Source: an uncultured Thermococci archaeon
GTDB lineage: Archaea > CAYQAE01 > CAYVLA01
NCBI GenBank assembly: GCA_964549615.1
Contig: CAZJVP010000011.1
Location: 1-64,000, forward strand
Length of the DNA stretch: 64,000 nt
Direction: 5' to 3'
Part shown: one piece after another, positions 1-9,313 of the stretch
How the letters are laid out: the number at the start of each line of letters is the position of its first letter
How positions within the stretch are numbered: the stretch's first letter is position 1
The notes under the pieces: generated by a model
What the model was told of the DNA's origin: nothing
Seen by the model: only the letters and a program-made list of their open reading frames with translations
The model's database searches: none
Program-made: the position numbers and the translations under genes

Positions 1-1
1 C

Positions 2-382
2 AGGGAGGAGATAAACACCCACATCGCAAAGGCCTCGATGCTGATCTCGCTTCTGGAGTTCGTCGAGCGCTTTGGCGCGAACACCGCAAGGCTCTACCGA
101 GACCTGGACGCGATAGAGAAGGTGGAGAAGCAGGCCGAGCAACTCTACGTCGAGGATGATTACGATGGCGCTGCGGAGGTGTTCGAAGAGGTCCACGCCA
201 TGTGGATCGAGGTGAACATGCAGGCGGCAAGGCTGAAGCAGCAATCGCTTTTCTGGGTCTACATGATAGAATGGACTCTGACATCCGCCGTCTTGATCGT
301 ATCCGGCTTCGTTGTGTGGACGCTCATGGTGAAGCGGCGACTCTACCGTGAGGCCCGGACAACGAGGATGCGGGGCGAGTGA
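2..382 (+). CDS. C-terminal part of surface-protein paralogue 1 (FGAN / WVYxIEW / RRLY family); 5' end lies outside the window
   Basis: Open frame from base 2; EFVERFGANT...LFWVYMIEW...WTLMVKRRLYREARTTR matches seven other ORFs in the window. Confidence 0.85.
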   Translation, partial: REEINTHIAKASMLISLLEFVERFGANTARLYRDLDAIEKVEKQAEQLYVEDDYDGAAEVFEEVHAMWIEVNMQAARLKQQSLFWVYMIEWTLTSAVLIVSGFVVWTLMVKRRLYREARTTRMRGE

Positions 383-745
383 TGATGAAGCATTACGCTC
401 CACAGCAACGCGCAACCAGTGTAAGAAATAAGAAGACGGATCTCAATCTGTCGACCCGGAATCTGGCGGAGTGTCTGAACCGTCCCAAGCCTAGTAGGCC
501 TAGGAGACTTGATGGGGCAGCTGACCTGGCCAAGGCCATCTTGGCCCAGCAGTATCTGGGTCTTTCCAACAGGAGGCTCAAGGGCTGTTTGAGGTCTCTG
601 TCCGGCATGTTGGGATTGGTGTGTGGCCCGGGTACAAGGAGGTTGCGTAGCCCTCTGGGCAGCTAGGTGCCGGTTGGTCGACCGAGGTCGTGGACGTTGT
701 GTTTCTTGACGAAGAGAGCGGTGACGGATCTGGCAGTATCCGCCG
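379..745 (+). mobile_element. Degraded DDE transposase remnant (IS fragment)
   Basis: AKAILAQQYLGLSNRR..G.L resembles the N-terminal helical region of archaeal DDE transposases; SGDGSG-like catalytic Asp motif near 718-735 in another frame; frame broken; no terminal repeats found. Confidence 0.45.
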
Positions 746-756
746 GGCTGGGTGAA

Positions 757-853
757 TGGGCCCGCAGGGACTTGAACCCCGGACTTCCGCCCCGTCTACC
801 CGCCCTGAGAGTCGGGCAAAAGGCAGCGTCATAGCCAACTAGACCACGGGCCC
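757..853 (-). tRNA. tRNA-Val, most likely anticodon TAC, with a 23-nt intron (796-818) in the anticodon loop
   Basis: GGGCCCG acceptor stem, A73, Val-type D arm, CTGCC/GGCGG anticodon stem, TTCAAGT T loop; 30 nt between the anticodon stem strands. Confidence 0.85.
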
Positions 854-963
854 TGTGGGCCGAGCGGGTGGGCCTTCACAAAAATATTACCGTTTGTGCC
901 GGGGGGCGCGGCCGAGGCGAAAGCGAGATAACTTTTATTGTTCAGAAGACTTCTTGGAAGAGG

Positions 964-1464
964 ATGTGGAGCCGGATCGAGGAGTACTTCAGGCCGTACC
1001 CGGGCCGGTGGAAGGTGGCCCTGCAGTTCATCCGCCAGGGCCTCTCTGTGAAGGGGGGCACCATCCGAAGCGGGGATGTCGAGATACCGGCCGCTAGCGT
1101 CGCGAGGGCCTGTGGGGTTGACAGGCGCGTGGTGGCCGCGACGGTGGAGTACATCGAGCGTGACGAGTTCATCAGGGGGGTGTTCGAGAATCTGGAGCCT
1201 AGGCTGTTTCTCGCGAAGGCGGGCCCCAAGATGGGTTATGGCGTCATCGAGATCGTGGTCGAGGACCCGTCAGCCCCGGGCATAGTATCCGAGGTCACCA
1301 CCGAGATCTCGCGAAGGGGAATATCCATAAGGCAGGTGGTGGCCGACGATCCCAGGTTCTCCGACCCGGCCGTGCTCACCATAATCACCGACGAACCCCT
1401 CCCCGGTGATCTGTTGACGAAGATCAGGGAGATGCGGGGCGTAGATCACCTGATCATACGCTGA
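964..1464 (+). CDS. ACT-domain-containing putative amino-acid metabolism regulator (COG2150-like)
   Basis: VARACGVDRRVV HTH-like motif plus C-terminal ACT fold (PGIVSEVT..ISIRQVVADDP); TATA-like TTTTATT about 25 nt upstream of ATG 964. Confidence 0.85.
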   Translation: MWSRIEEYFRPYPGRWKVALQFIRQGLSVKGGTIRSGDVEIPAASVARACGVDRRVVAATVEYIERDEFIRGVFENLEPRLFLAKAGPKMGYGVIEIVVEDPSAPGIVSEVTTEISRRGISIRQVVADDPRFSDPAVLTIITDEPLPGDLLTKIREMRGVDHLIIR

Positions 1465-1601
1465 TTCAAAGTCCTTGTGCCGCAGACCCGGGTGCGAGCC
1501 CAGGGAGGCTGGGGGGAGCCAGGCGGCGCCGGGGCAGGCGATTTTGGGGCCGTGGGAGTTAGATAAGATTTTTAATCGTAATCCGAGCCCCGCGGCTCTG
1601 C

Positions 1602-2312
1602 ATGAACTTTCTTGTCGGCCTCCTTTCCGGCCACGCCGACGATGCTACGCATTCCGTGATCGCGCGCTATGGGCGGGGGACCTTCCAAGGCCCGGCTGCG
1701 GACGCCAACGTTTCCGGAGGCAGGCTCAAGATAACGGCCAGCTACCTCTACGTCCCCGTCCTCGGCCAACTTCTGGCCGACCGATGCGAGGCCGACCTTG
1801 CGATTCAGGGGACAGTCATCTCGAAGGCCGACATGGAGGCCCAGCTGAAGGCGCACGGCCTGCGTGTGGTGGAGGTTAAGAAGAAGGGCGGCTTCAAGTA
1901 CAGGGTAGAGGGAGGGCTTTCCGGATCGCAGCTTCGTAGGCTGTATGAGGACCTCTGGGAGGCGGCCATCCTGCTGAAGGCAAAATGCCCCGGGTTCCTC
2001 TTGAGCGCTGCGCAGAACATTCCGAAGCCCAACGACTACAGCGACCCCTCCTTCTGCAGCCTGACGATGCCGGCGACCGAGGACAATCTGAAAGCCGCTT
2101 TCCGATCAATCGTTCCTAGCTTTGAGCCGAGGGCTTTCAGTTCTCTCTCCGTCAGGCACGTGATCAGGATCGACGACATCCTCGTTCCGCAGGAGCTTGC
2201 CGGCAAGCCAGCTTCGATGGTAAGGCTTCTAGCGAAGAGGAAGGGAGTGCTCACCCGGCAGGTGACGGTGGACGGAAGCTCAAGCGAGACCAAGCACGAG
2301 TTCGTTGCCTGA
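1602..2312 (+). CDS. Conserved-looking archaeal hypothetical protein (236 aa)
   Basis: Long ORF with coding-like composition, BRE/TATA (GATAAGATTTTTAAT, 1562-1576) upstream, abuts argG. Confidence 0.75.
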   Translation: MNFLVGLLSGHADDATHSVIARYGRGTFQGPAADANVSGGRLKITASYLYVPVLGQLLADRCEADLAIQGTVISKADMEAQLKAHGLRVVEVKKKGGFKYRVEGGLSGSQLRRLYEDLWEAAILLKAKCPGFLLSAAQNIPKPNDYSDPSFCSLTMPATEDNLKAAFRSIVPSFEPRAFSSLSVRHVIRIDDILVPQELAGKPASMVRLLAKRKGVLTRQVTVDGSSSETKHEFVA

Positions 2313-2321
2313 GGGATCGGA

Positions 2322-3545
2322 ATGGTGGAAACTCCTAGCAAGATAGACAGGATCGTGTTGGCCTATTCGGGCGGACTCGACACGAGCGTGGCCGTGAAGT
2401 GGTTGCAAGAAAAGTACTCGGCCGAGGTCGTCACCCTGACGTTGGATGTCGGACAGAGGGACGTGGACCTAGAGGCTGCGAGGCAGAAGGCCTTGCGGCT
2501 TGGCGCGGTGGACGCGATCTGCCTTGACGCGAAGGATGAGTTTTTCTCGGGTTACATTACTCCTGCAATAAGGGCGAACGCCCTGTACGAGGGTGCCTAT
2601 CCGGTCAGCACCGCCCTGACGCGCCCGCTCATCGCACAGCACCTGGTCGAGACCGCCCACAAGTTCGGGGCACAGGCCGTCTCACACGGGTGCACGGGGA
2701 AGGGAAACGACCAGGTCAGGATGGATGTGACGATCAGGTCGTTGGACCCCGACCTCAAGATAATCGCTCCGGCAAGGGAATGGTCCTTCGGGAGAATTGA
2801 AGAGATAGAGTACGCGAGAAAGAAGGGGATACCGGTCCCGGTCCGCGCCAAGAGCCCCTACAGCACGGACGAGAACCTGTGGGGAAGGTCGGTCGAGTGC
2901 GGCATCTTGGAGCAGCCAGACAAGGAGCCTCCGGCGGATGCCTACGCGCTGACGGCTGACCCGAGGAAGGCGCCCGACGAGCCGGAGTACATGACGCTCG
3001 CCTTCGAGAAGGGCGTGCCCGTGAAGCTGAACGGAAAATCGATGGGAGGGGTTGAGCTCGTCCAGGCGGTCGCCTCAGTTGCGGGCAGGCACGGGGTGGG
3101 CCGGATCGACCACATTGAGAACCGAGTCGTCGGGCTGAAGTCGCGCGAGATCTACGAATGCCCGGCCGCAACAGTCATACTTGCGGCGCATTCGGACCTT
3201 GAGAAGTACGTCCTGACACGGCGCGAGCGCAGCTTCAAGGAGACGGCCGATCGCGAGTGGACTAACCTGGTCTACGGCGGGTTGTGGACTGAGCCGCTTA
3301 GGGAATCCTTGCAGTGGCTGTGCGAGAGGCTGAACGAGCCGGTTAGCGGCGAGGTCAGGATGAAGCTCTACAAGGGCCACGCCTCGGTCGTCGGGAGATC
3401 CTCGGAGAACGCTCTCTACGACATCGGGATGGCAACCTACGAGAGGGAGAAGGACACCTTCGACCACAGATCCGCCGTCGGATTCATCGACCTTTGGGGG
3501 CTCGAGGCGAGGACGGCCAGCAGGGTAAGGTCGAGAAAGACCTAG
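2322..3545 (+). CDS. argG: Argininosuccinate synthase
   Basis: LAYSGGLDTS, HGCTGKGNDQVR, YSTDENLWGRS, ENRVVGLKSREIYE motifs. Confidence 0.97.
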   Translation: MVETPSKIDRIVLAYSGGLDTSVAVKWLQEKYSAEVVTLTLDVGQRDVDLEAARQKALRLGAVDAICLDAKDEFFSGYITPAIRANALYEGAYPVSTALTRPLIAQHLVETAHKFGAQAVSHGCTGKGNDQVRMDVTIRSLDPDLKIIAPAREWSFGRIEEIEYARKKGIPVPVRAKSPYSTDENLWGRSVECGILEQPDKEPPADAYALTADPRKAPDEPEYMTLAFEKGVPVKLNGKSMGGVELVQAVASVAGRHGVGRIDHIENRVVGLKSREIYECPAATVILAAHSDLEKYVLTRRERSFKETADREWTNLVYGGLWTEPLRESLQWLCERLNEPVSGEVRMKLYKGHASVVGRSSENALYDIGMATYEREKDTFDHRSAVGFIDLWGLEARTASRVRSRKT

Positions 3546-4327
3546 CGCCTTGGCCTTGGGGGCCCTGGGATCGGCGTGGTTGCCCTGATGGCAGCGTCCA
3601 GCGCATTACTCACCTTCGTCGCCTCGTCCACCAGGCCTTTGGGCGCGTAGGCAAGGCGTCTCACGACCTTGCCCCTCCTCCACGTCCATCTAACGTAGCC
3701 CAGGGGCTCGAGGTACTCGGACGCCTCAAGACGGATCTGCACGGCCCGGTCAAGGTCGTAGCGAAGCCGTAGCACCAGCCGCCTCACCTGCGCGGCTATC
3801 TCATCCCCCCTCATGCCCTCGCGGTCGATCCTGCTGGACAGCGCTCTGTAGAACTCGTTTGCGACATCGCGCGGGAAAACCAGAGGGTGAAACGGGCCAC
3901 CTCTATACATCCTGTAGAGAACAGTCCTGGCTTCCTTCCTGGAGATGGGATTTCCCGGCAGGTCAAAGGCCAGTTCGCGGCTCCTGGCGAGGTGCCGCAT
4001 CACGGATTGCTCGAGGCAGTCGTCGACCATTGCGTCCAGGTTTGCATACAGCGCCTCTGCCACGGAGCACTCGAGTTCCTCCAACCTGATGCGAAGATCG
4101 TCCAACCTTGACTGATAAAGGAAGGTCTCGTACTGCGTGGTCGCGGATCTTCGTTGCGCCACGTAGGACAGCCTCGCCCTCTCCTTCAGGATCCTGCTTT
4201 GCTCGGCCCTGAAGGGCTCAAGGAGGCTTGGCAGGCGGTTCCAGGACCGGCTCCGCTGATGGACCGGCCGCCCCTGCTCCGCCGAATCCGGATTGGCGGG
4301 CTGGGGTCGACCGAGCTCCAGGACCAT
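3542..4327 (-). CDS. Hypothetical protein with predicted N-terminal coiled coil; start uncertain
   Basis: 261-codon ORF filling the gap, convergent with argG; no recognised motif. Confidence 0.6.
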   Translation of the reverse strand: MVLELGRPQPANPDSAEQGRPVHQRSRSWNRLPSLLEPFRAEQSRILKERARLSYVAQRRSATTQYETFLYQSRLDDLRIRLEELECSVAEALYANLDAMVDDCLEQSVMRHLARSRELAFDLPGNPISRKEARTVLYRMYRGGPFHPLVFPRDVANEFYRALSSRIDREGMRGDEIAAQVRRLVLRLRYDLDRAVQIRLEASEYLEPLGYVRWTWRRGKVVRRLAYAPKGLVDEATKVSNALDAAIRATTPIPGPPRPRR

Positions 4328-4366
4328 TTCATTTATATTGCAGGCACCGGGCTTAAAAAGATTGAA

Positions 4367-4519
4367 GTGATCGCGGTGGCAGGGTTCCTATCTTACCTCT
4401 TGCTCCAAGCTGGAAGGGGAAAGCTCTTTCCGGACTTCAAGCAGCCCATAATCTTGTTCGTGTTGTTCGCAGCCATGGCAGCCCTGATAGTCTACGCCTA
4501 CATCTCTAGGGAGAAATAG
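4367..4519 (+). CDS. Small single-pass membrane protein (about 47-50 aa)
   Basis: GTG start after AT-rich element at 4353-4359; hydrophobic IILFVLFAAMAALIVYAYI followed by SREK. Confidence 0.5.
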   Translation: MIAVAGFLSYLLLQAGRGKLFPDFKQPIILFVLFAAMAALIVYAYISREK

Positions 4520-4548
4520 GGCCTCGTTTGCCGTGCCACCGGGGACCG

Positions 4549-6297
4549 TCATATCTCGTCGGGTGCGGCTATACCCAGTAGATCAAGAAGTTGCGATAGG
4601 ACCGTCCGCACGGATTTCACCAGGGCGAGCCGTGCGCTTCTCAGCGGTTCGGCTTCCTGAAGGACCCTGTGCTGCATGTAGAACTTGCTGAAGAGCGAGG
4701 AAACCTCCAGGGCATGTTCTGCCAGGTAGTTGGGCTTCATATCGTTGGCGCTTCTTGCGATGATCCCGGGGGTGCGGGCCAGCGACCAGATCAGGTTTCG
4801 CTCCTCAGCGGTCGAGAGCAGGTCGATCCGTTCTGGCTTGAATCCCTCCGCGTTGCGCAGGATGCTGGAGGCCCTGGCGCACGCGTACTGGACGTAGGCC
4901 GAGGAGTCCCCAACGAAGTTTATGGCCTCCTCCCACCGAAACGATATGCTCTTGTTTGGGTCGACCTTCAGGATGTTAAACTTCACGGCCCCAAGTCCCA
5001 CCTGCGCGGCAATCGACGCTATCTTGTCCGGCGGAAGGCCGGTGCGCCTGTCAAGGACCTCCTTCTCGGACCTCCTGATCGCCTCGTCCATGACCTCATC
5101 TAGGGGCACGGTTTGGCCCCGCCTCGTCGACATCTTCTTGCCTCCCTCGTATGTGACGAAGGAGTAGAATGCCGCGCGTAGGTCCTTGGAGTGGCCGAGC
5201 ATCCTCAGGATCGCATCAAGCTCGGCAAACTCGCGTTTGTGGTCCTCGCCCAGTACGTTGACGAAAAGGCTCCCATCCCTGAACTTCCACTCGTGGTAGG
5301 CTATGTCCCTGAGAGTGTATGTGGACGAGCCGTCGCTCTTGATCAGCGTGACCTGTCGAGACTTCCTCCTGGGGAGTCCGAGCGAGGTGAGGTCCAGCCC
5401 CACGGATCCATCGGGGTTTTCCAATAAAAGCCCCTTGGACCTCAGCCGGCTCAGTATCCCTGGCAACGAACCGTCCTCGACGAACTGGCTCTCGGGCGTT
5501 ATCTCGTCAAACTCTATCCCCAGCCTAGAGAGGGTCTGGAGCTGGCCTTCAAGGCATCCCTTCGACAGCGAGCGAAGCGCGCCCAGGATCTTGGGGTCCT
5601 TGTGGGCTGCCGACTCAAGCTCTCCCACCTCGGCCCGGGCGTTGGGATCTTCCGCCACCTTCGCCATCGCCGGAACGTAGGTGAAGAGCGTCTGGAAGTC
5701 CTTCTTCGACGAGTACTTCGCGTATCTCTTGCGCAGCCTCTCGGAAGATATGCCTTTTCTCTGCCCCCAGTAGAGGACGACGATCTGATGCCCCATGTCG
5801 TTCAGCAGGTAGAGCCGGCGCACCTTCCAGCCCATGTAGGCATAGATCCGGGAGAGCGAATCACCGAGCAGGGAGTTCCTGGACCTGGCGATGTTGATGG
5901 GACCCGTTGGGTTGACGCTCGTGTGTTCGAGCACCAGTGTGCCCGGCGAGGTCTCTGGGCGTCCAAAGTCGCGTCCTCTTTGCAGTATCTCGGATACGAC
6001 GCTGGGGGCGAAGCGGTCCCACTCGATGAAGAAGTTCAGGTAACCCCTCACCGCCTCGACCCTGCGGATCATCTCGTGCTTGGGGAGGGAGGCAGCCACG
6101 CCCTCGGCGGTTCGCACCGGATCCTTGCCCGCGGAGGACGCTGCCTTCATCACGATTGTTGTCGAAAGATCACCAAAGGCCTTCTGCGTGCGGTCAGAGA
6201 TCTCGAGGGAACTCGGTTCGACCTCGATTCCTTGCCTGGCAAGGGCATGCGAGATCGAATCGGCCAGAGCCTTCTTGACTTGCGTCAGAGGATCCAT
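4549..6297 (-). CDS. argS: Arginyl-tRNA synthetase
   Basis: FGDLS N-domain, EHTSVNPTGP, LNDMGHQ, YTLRDIAYH, KMSTRRG, YVQYACARASSILR and DALR-type C-terminus. Confidence 0.95.
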   Translation of the reverse strand: MDPLTQVKKALADSISHALARQGIEVEPSSLEISDRTQKAFGDLSTTIVMKAASSAGKDPVRTAEGVAASLPKHEMIRRVEAVRGYLNFFIEWDRFAPSVVSEILQRGRDFGRPETSPGTLVLEHTSVNPTGPINIARSRNSLLGDSLSRIYAYMGWKVRRLYLLNDMGHQIVVLYWGQRKGISSERLRKRYAKYSSKKDFQTLFTYVPAMAKVAEDPNARAEVGELESAAHKDPKILGALRSLSKGCLEGQLQTLSRLGIEFDEITPESQFVEDGSLPGILSRLRSKGLLLENPDGSVGLDLTSLGLPRRKSRQVTLIKSDGSSTYTLRDIAYHEWKFRDGSLFVNVLGEDHKREFAELDAILRMLGHSKDLRAAFYSFVTYEGGKKMSTRRGQTVPLDEVMDEAIRRSEKEVLDRRTGLPPDKIASIAAQVGLGAVKFNILKVDPNKSISFRWEEAINFVGDSSAYVQYACARASSILRNAEGFKPERIDLLSTAEERNLIWSLARTPGIIARSANDMKPNYLAEHALEVSSLFSKFYMQHRVLQEAEPLRSARLALVKSVRTVLSQLLDLLGIAAPDEI

Positions 6298-6305
6298 ATT
6301 CGCAC

Positions 6306-7544
6306 CTAGCTGGGCTTGTACCTCAAGATGGCGCCGATTCCTCCGAAGGCCATCAGGAGTTGCCGTCCCTCCTCGGTATCCGTTGAGATCAGCTGAGCAT
6401 CGGCCTTGGATTGCTCCGCCTTCTCGATGAGGGCGTCATCGAGGTCCTTGACCGCATCCAGGGCCATCTGGCCCGTCTGGCAGGCAGGGCAGCGTGCCTG
6501 CTCCGGAGGAAGCTCGGCGTTGTTCGGGCCGTCCAAAACCCTCTCAAGCTTCTGGCCGCATGCGGAGCAGCGGTATGTGGCGAGCCACTTCTTCACTCCC
6601 TCCGAGACGAGCAGGGTCTGCACGGCGCCCATGTCAAGCATCCGCATGATCTCGTTGATGCCGTAGGCTGCGAGGCCGTCCTTGGCGACCTCCTCCAGGA
6701 ATCGGGCAACCACTTTCTTCTCGGCCATGACGGAGAGATCTGAGAGCGCATCGCGGGCGACGTTCACGATCTCCCTGAGCCCATCCTCGTCCGTGTAGGC
6801 GACGTCGAAAAGGTCCACCACCTTCTGCTTCAGCTCGTTGGACATATAGGGGCCCTTCATGAAGTCTTCCTTCGTCGGGGACGGCCCTCCAACCAGGATC
6901 CCCTTCAGTCCTTGTATCTGCGAGAAAGCCGTGTTGGCCGCCTCCCCGATCCTGTTGAAGAACTCCACCGCCGCCGCCTCCCTTAGCCTCTCGAACCTCC
7001 TGGAGGACTGCCCTCCGGCCTTGAACTTGCCTGGCACGCCCGACGTCAGCTTCCTGAGTTTCTCGATCCTCTTCCCGTTAAGGAGGCCCAGGGTGGCCTC
7101 TCGGCGGTCAAGGACCAGGATGCCGAAGATCTCCTTCTCCTTCAGCACCTCCTCAAGGGGATCCAACACGAACTCCTGGAGGCATCTGTAGAGGCTGACC
7201 GTGACGGGCTCGGGGGGGTTGAGCGCGTAGAGCCTTATGTCCGCGACGCCCTCCTTGTCGCTGACGTTGCCGCAGAAGATGACGAGCCCGCCCTTCGGGG
7301 TGGTGCGGTAGAGCTTGAGAAACTGTGAGATCTTCTCCAGTGCCGCGAGCACGTTCTTCCTCGTCGTTTTGGACTTGATGTTGGAGGCCGTGGAGTATTC
7401 GTCCCTAACCCTCTGGGCCACCAGATTGATGTCGTATCCGTCCGGGATGTAGATGGAGATCAGTTCCGTGTGCCTGCCGCGATAGGATCTGAGCTGGCTC
7501 AGGGTCTTCTTGAGCCTGTGCTTCTCTAGCGTAGACTTGTCCAA
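6306..7544 (-). CDS. prf1: Peptide chain release factor aRF1
   Basis: TELISIYIP, ASNIKS, YRCxxxF, AGGQSSRRF, FGGIGAILRY; CxxC..CxxC mini-domain. Confidence 0.97.
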   Translation of the reverse strand: MDKSTLEKHRLKKTLSQLRSYRGRHTELISIYIPDGYDINLVAQRVRDEYSTASNIKSKTTRKNVLAALEKISQFLKLYRTTPKGGLVIFCGNVSDKEGVADIRLYALNPPEPVTVSLYRCLQEFVLDPLEEVLKEKEIFGILVLDRREATLGLLNGKRIEKLRKLTSGVPGKFKAGGQSSRRFERLREAAAVEFFNRIGEAANTAFSQIQGLKGILVGGPSPTKEDFMKGPYMSNELKQKVVDLFDVAYTDEDGLREIVNVARDALSDLSVMAEKKVVARFLEEVAKDGLAAYGINEIMRMLDMGAVQTLLVSEGVKKWLATYRCSACGQKLERVLDGPNNAELPPEQARCPACQTGQMALDAVKDLDDALIEKAEQSKADAQLISTDTEEGRQLLMAFGGIGAILRYKPS

Positions 7545-7564
7545 TCAGCTGACCCCCGGGCAGG

Positions 7565-8095
7565 TCACGCCCCGACTACGAGCCTGTAGTAGATCGACGT
7601 TCCGGCGGTTGGGCTGCGTCTGTAGATCCGCACCACGTCCCCGGGCTTTCCTCCGAGGATCTTGATGACCGGATCGGTCCGCCTGATCTTCGGAAGCTGG
7701 GAGAGCTCGATCTTCAGCTCGTTGGCGAGCCTCGCCTTCTCATCCTCGCTGAGGATCTCGTGCTTCGGCACCAACTCGTGCTGTAGTATGTCGATGAGCA
7801 CGTTGCGCATGCTCATGTACCTTATGCCCTCCTCAGCCACGACCTTCTTGGCCTGGGGGGTGAGAGGCGCGTCGGAGACGATGTGGACCTCGTTGGCCTT
7901 CTCCTTCTCCGCTCGCTTGAGTAGGGACCTTATCTCCGATACCCCGATTGACTTCTCGCTCGTGATGACCTTGATGATGATCTTCTCGTCTTCGTACGTG
8001 CCGATGAGCTCCTTGCCGCTCCGGACGATGGAATAGCCATCGTCCTCGAACTTCTGGATCGTCCTTCTAAGCATCTCCTCTTCCGCAAGTGGCAA
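7565..8095 (-). CDS. rpoH: RNA polymerase subunit Rpo5/RpoH with a ~100 aa N-terminal extra domain (eukaryotic Rpb5-like)
   Basis: C-terminal HELVPKHEIL...LPKIRRTDPV...GDVVRIYRRSPTAG..YYRLV; TTG start at 8095 preferred because ATG 8137 lies too close to the TATA element at 8143-8152. Confidence 0.92.
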   Translation of the reverse strand: MPLAEEEMLRRTIQKFEDDGYSIVRSGKELIGTYEDEKIIIKVITSEKSIGVSEIRSLLKRAEKEKANEVHIVSDAPLTPQAKKVVAEEGIRYMSMRNVLIDILQHELVPKHEILSEDEKARLANELKIELSQLPKIRRTDPVIKILGGKPGDVVRIYRRSPTAGTSIYYRLVVGA

Positions 8096-8257
8096 GGCTA
8101 AACCTTCCGGTGGTCTGTTGCGAATTCGCTCGGCCATCGCGTTCTTATATGTATCACCGTCAGGCCTCTTGGGGACCGGGCGCGGCAGGGCCGCACAACA
8201 TGGCCGTTTAACGTTCATGCTTCCCGGCAGTCCACATCTGACGCGCACGAGGTGAGA

Positions 8258-9313
8258 TCATCTCATTATCCTTAGGAGCGCAAGCGGCAGGTTGCGATAG
8301 GTGGAGAGGCTCTCGTACTTGCCGTGGCCCAGCCTAGCGAGGCTCCTGCAAACCTCATCCCCCTTCCTTATGCGCCCCACCCTGATCACGTTGAGCCGCC
8401 TGAAGGCTGGGGCAAATTCCCGCGGATCGCCGCCTTGGTTGTAGTCGCCGTCGGTCACGAGGACCGCCCACTTGTCCGGCCGCCGGATCTTGGCCATCTC
8501 CTCGTAGGCTTTCCGCAGGGCGGCCTCGATGTTGGTGTAGCCTGACGGCTTGAGACCGAAGATGGTGTCGATCATCTCCTCGATCGGCACCGTCTTGCTG
8601 AAGGGCTTGAGCACGGTTGGGTCACTTTCGAACAGAACAACGGAGTAGTCATCGTACTTCATGCTGTATGCCAGAACCGCTATCGTCACCGCGGCGATGG
8701 CGAGTTTCTCCCTGTACATCGATCCCGATACGTCAAGTATGAGCATGCCTGCCTTCTTCCTCTCAAGCCTCTCCTGTGCAACGATTTCCCTAGCGCCCAG
8801 GGCCCCATACTCAAGCAGGTTCTCTATGGTCTGTTCGAGATCGAACTCCTCCATCCCGGGCGCATACTCCGCAGTCCTTACGAGGTCCTTCCTGACGCCG
8901 CGCCCAGCGACCCTGAGGGCGGATCGCAGTATGACCTTGCAGGCCATCGATAGGAAGAAGCGCCTATACGACTGGGGCAGCTTGTCCCTGAGCATGTAGT
9001 AGAGTTCCAGAAGCTCCCAATCCTCTCTGTCGGATTTCCCCACGATGAACTCGGATGACATCTCATTGTGCTCGAGCACATCCGCGACGGCGTACCTGTT
9101 GCGCCTGGCCAGACCCAGGAGCGCGGGGAGGTTGTCGGCCTGGATCGCCAGATCAGCGAGCTGGGATATCTTGTTCCTATCAAGCCCCTTGGTCTTCTGG
9201 TAGACATCGTGTGCGTCCGTTGCGTGCACGATCTCCTCTTGGAGGATCTGGTCCCGGTCCATTCGACCGAACCTTACGGCGGCCTCATCGGGGGATATCT
9301 CCCCCTCGATCAC
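8258..9313 (-). CDS. VWA (MIDAS) domain protein, MoxR partner
   Basis: DVSGSM MIDAS, GYTNI, LVTDGD; GTG start overlapping the MoxR stop (GTGA). Confidence 0.88.
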   Translation of the reverse strand: MIEGEISPDEAAVRFGRMDRDQILQEEIVHATDAHDVYQKTKGLDRNKISQLADLAIQADNLPALLGLARRNRYAVADVLEHNEMSSEFIVGKSDREDWELLELYYMLRDKLPQSYRRFFLSMACKVILRSALRVAGRGVRKDLVRTAEYAPGMEEFDLEQTIENLLEYGALGAREIVAQERLERKKAGMLILDVSGSMYREKLAIAAVTIAVLAYSMKYDDYSVVLFESDPTVLKPFSKTVPIEEMIDTIFGLKPSGYTNIEAALRKAYEEMAKIRRPDKWAVLVTDGDYNQGGDPREFAPAFRRLNVIRVGRIRKGDEVCRSLARLGHGKYESLSTYRNLPLALLRIMR

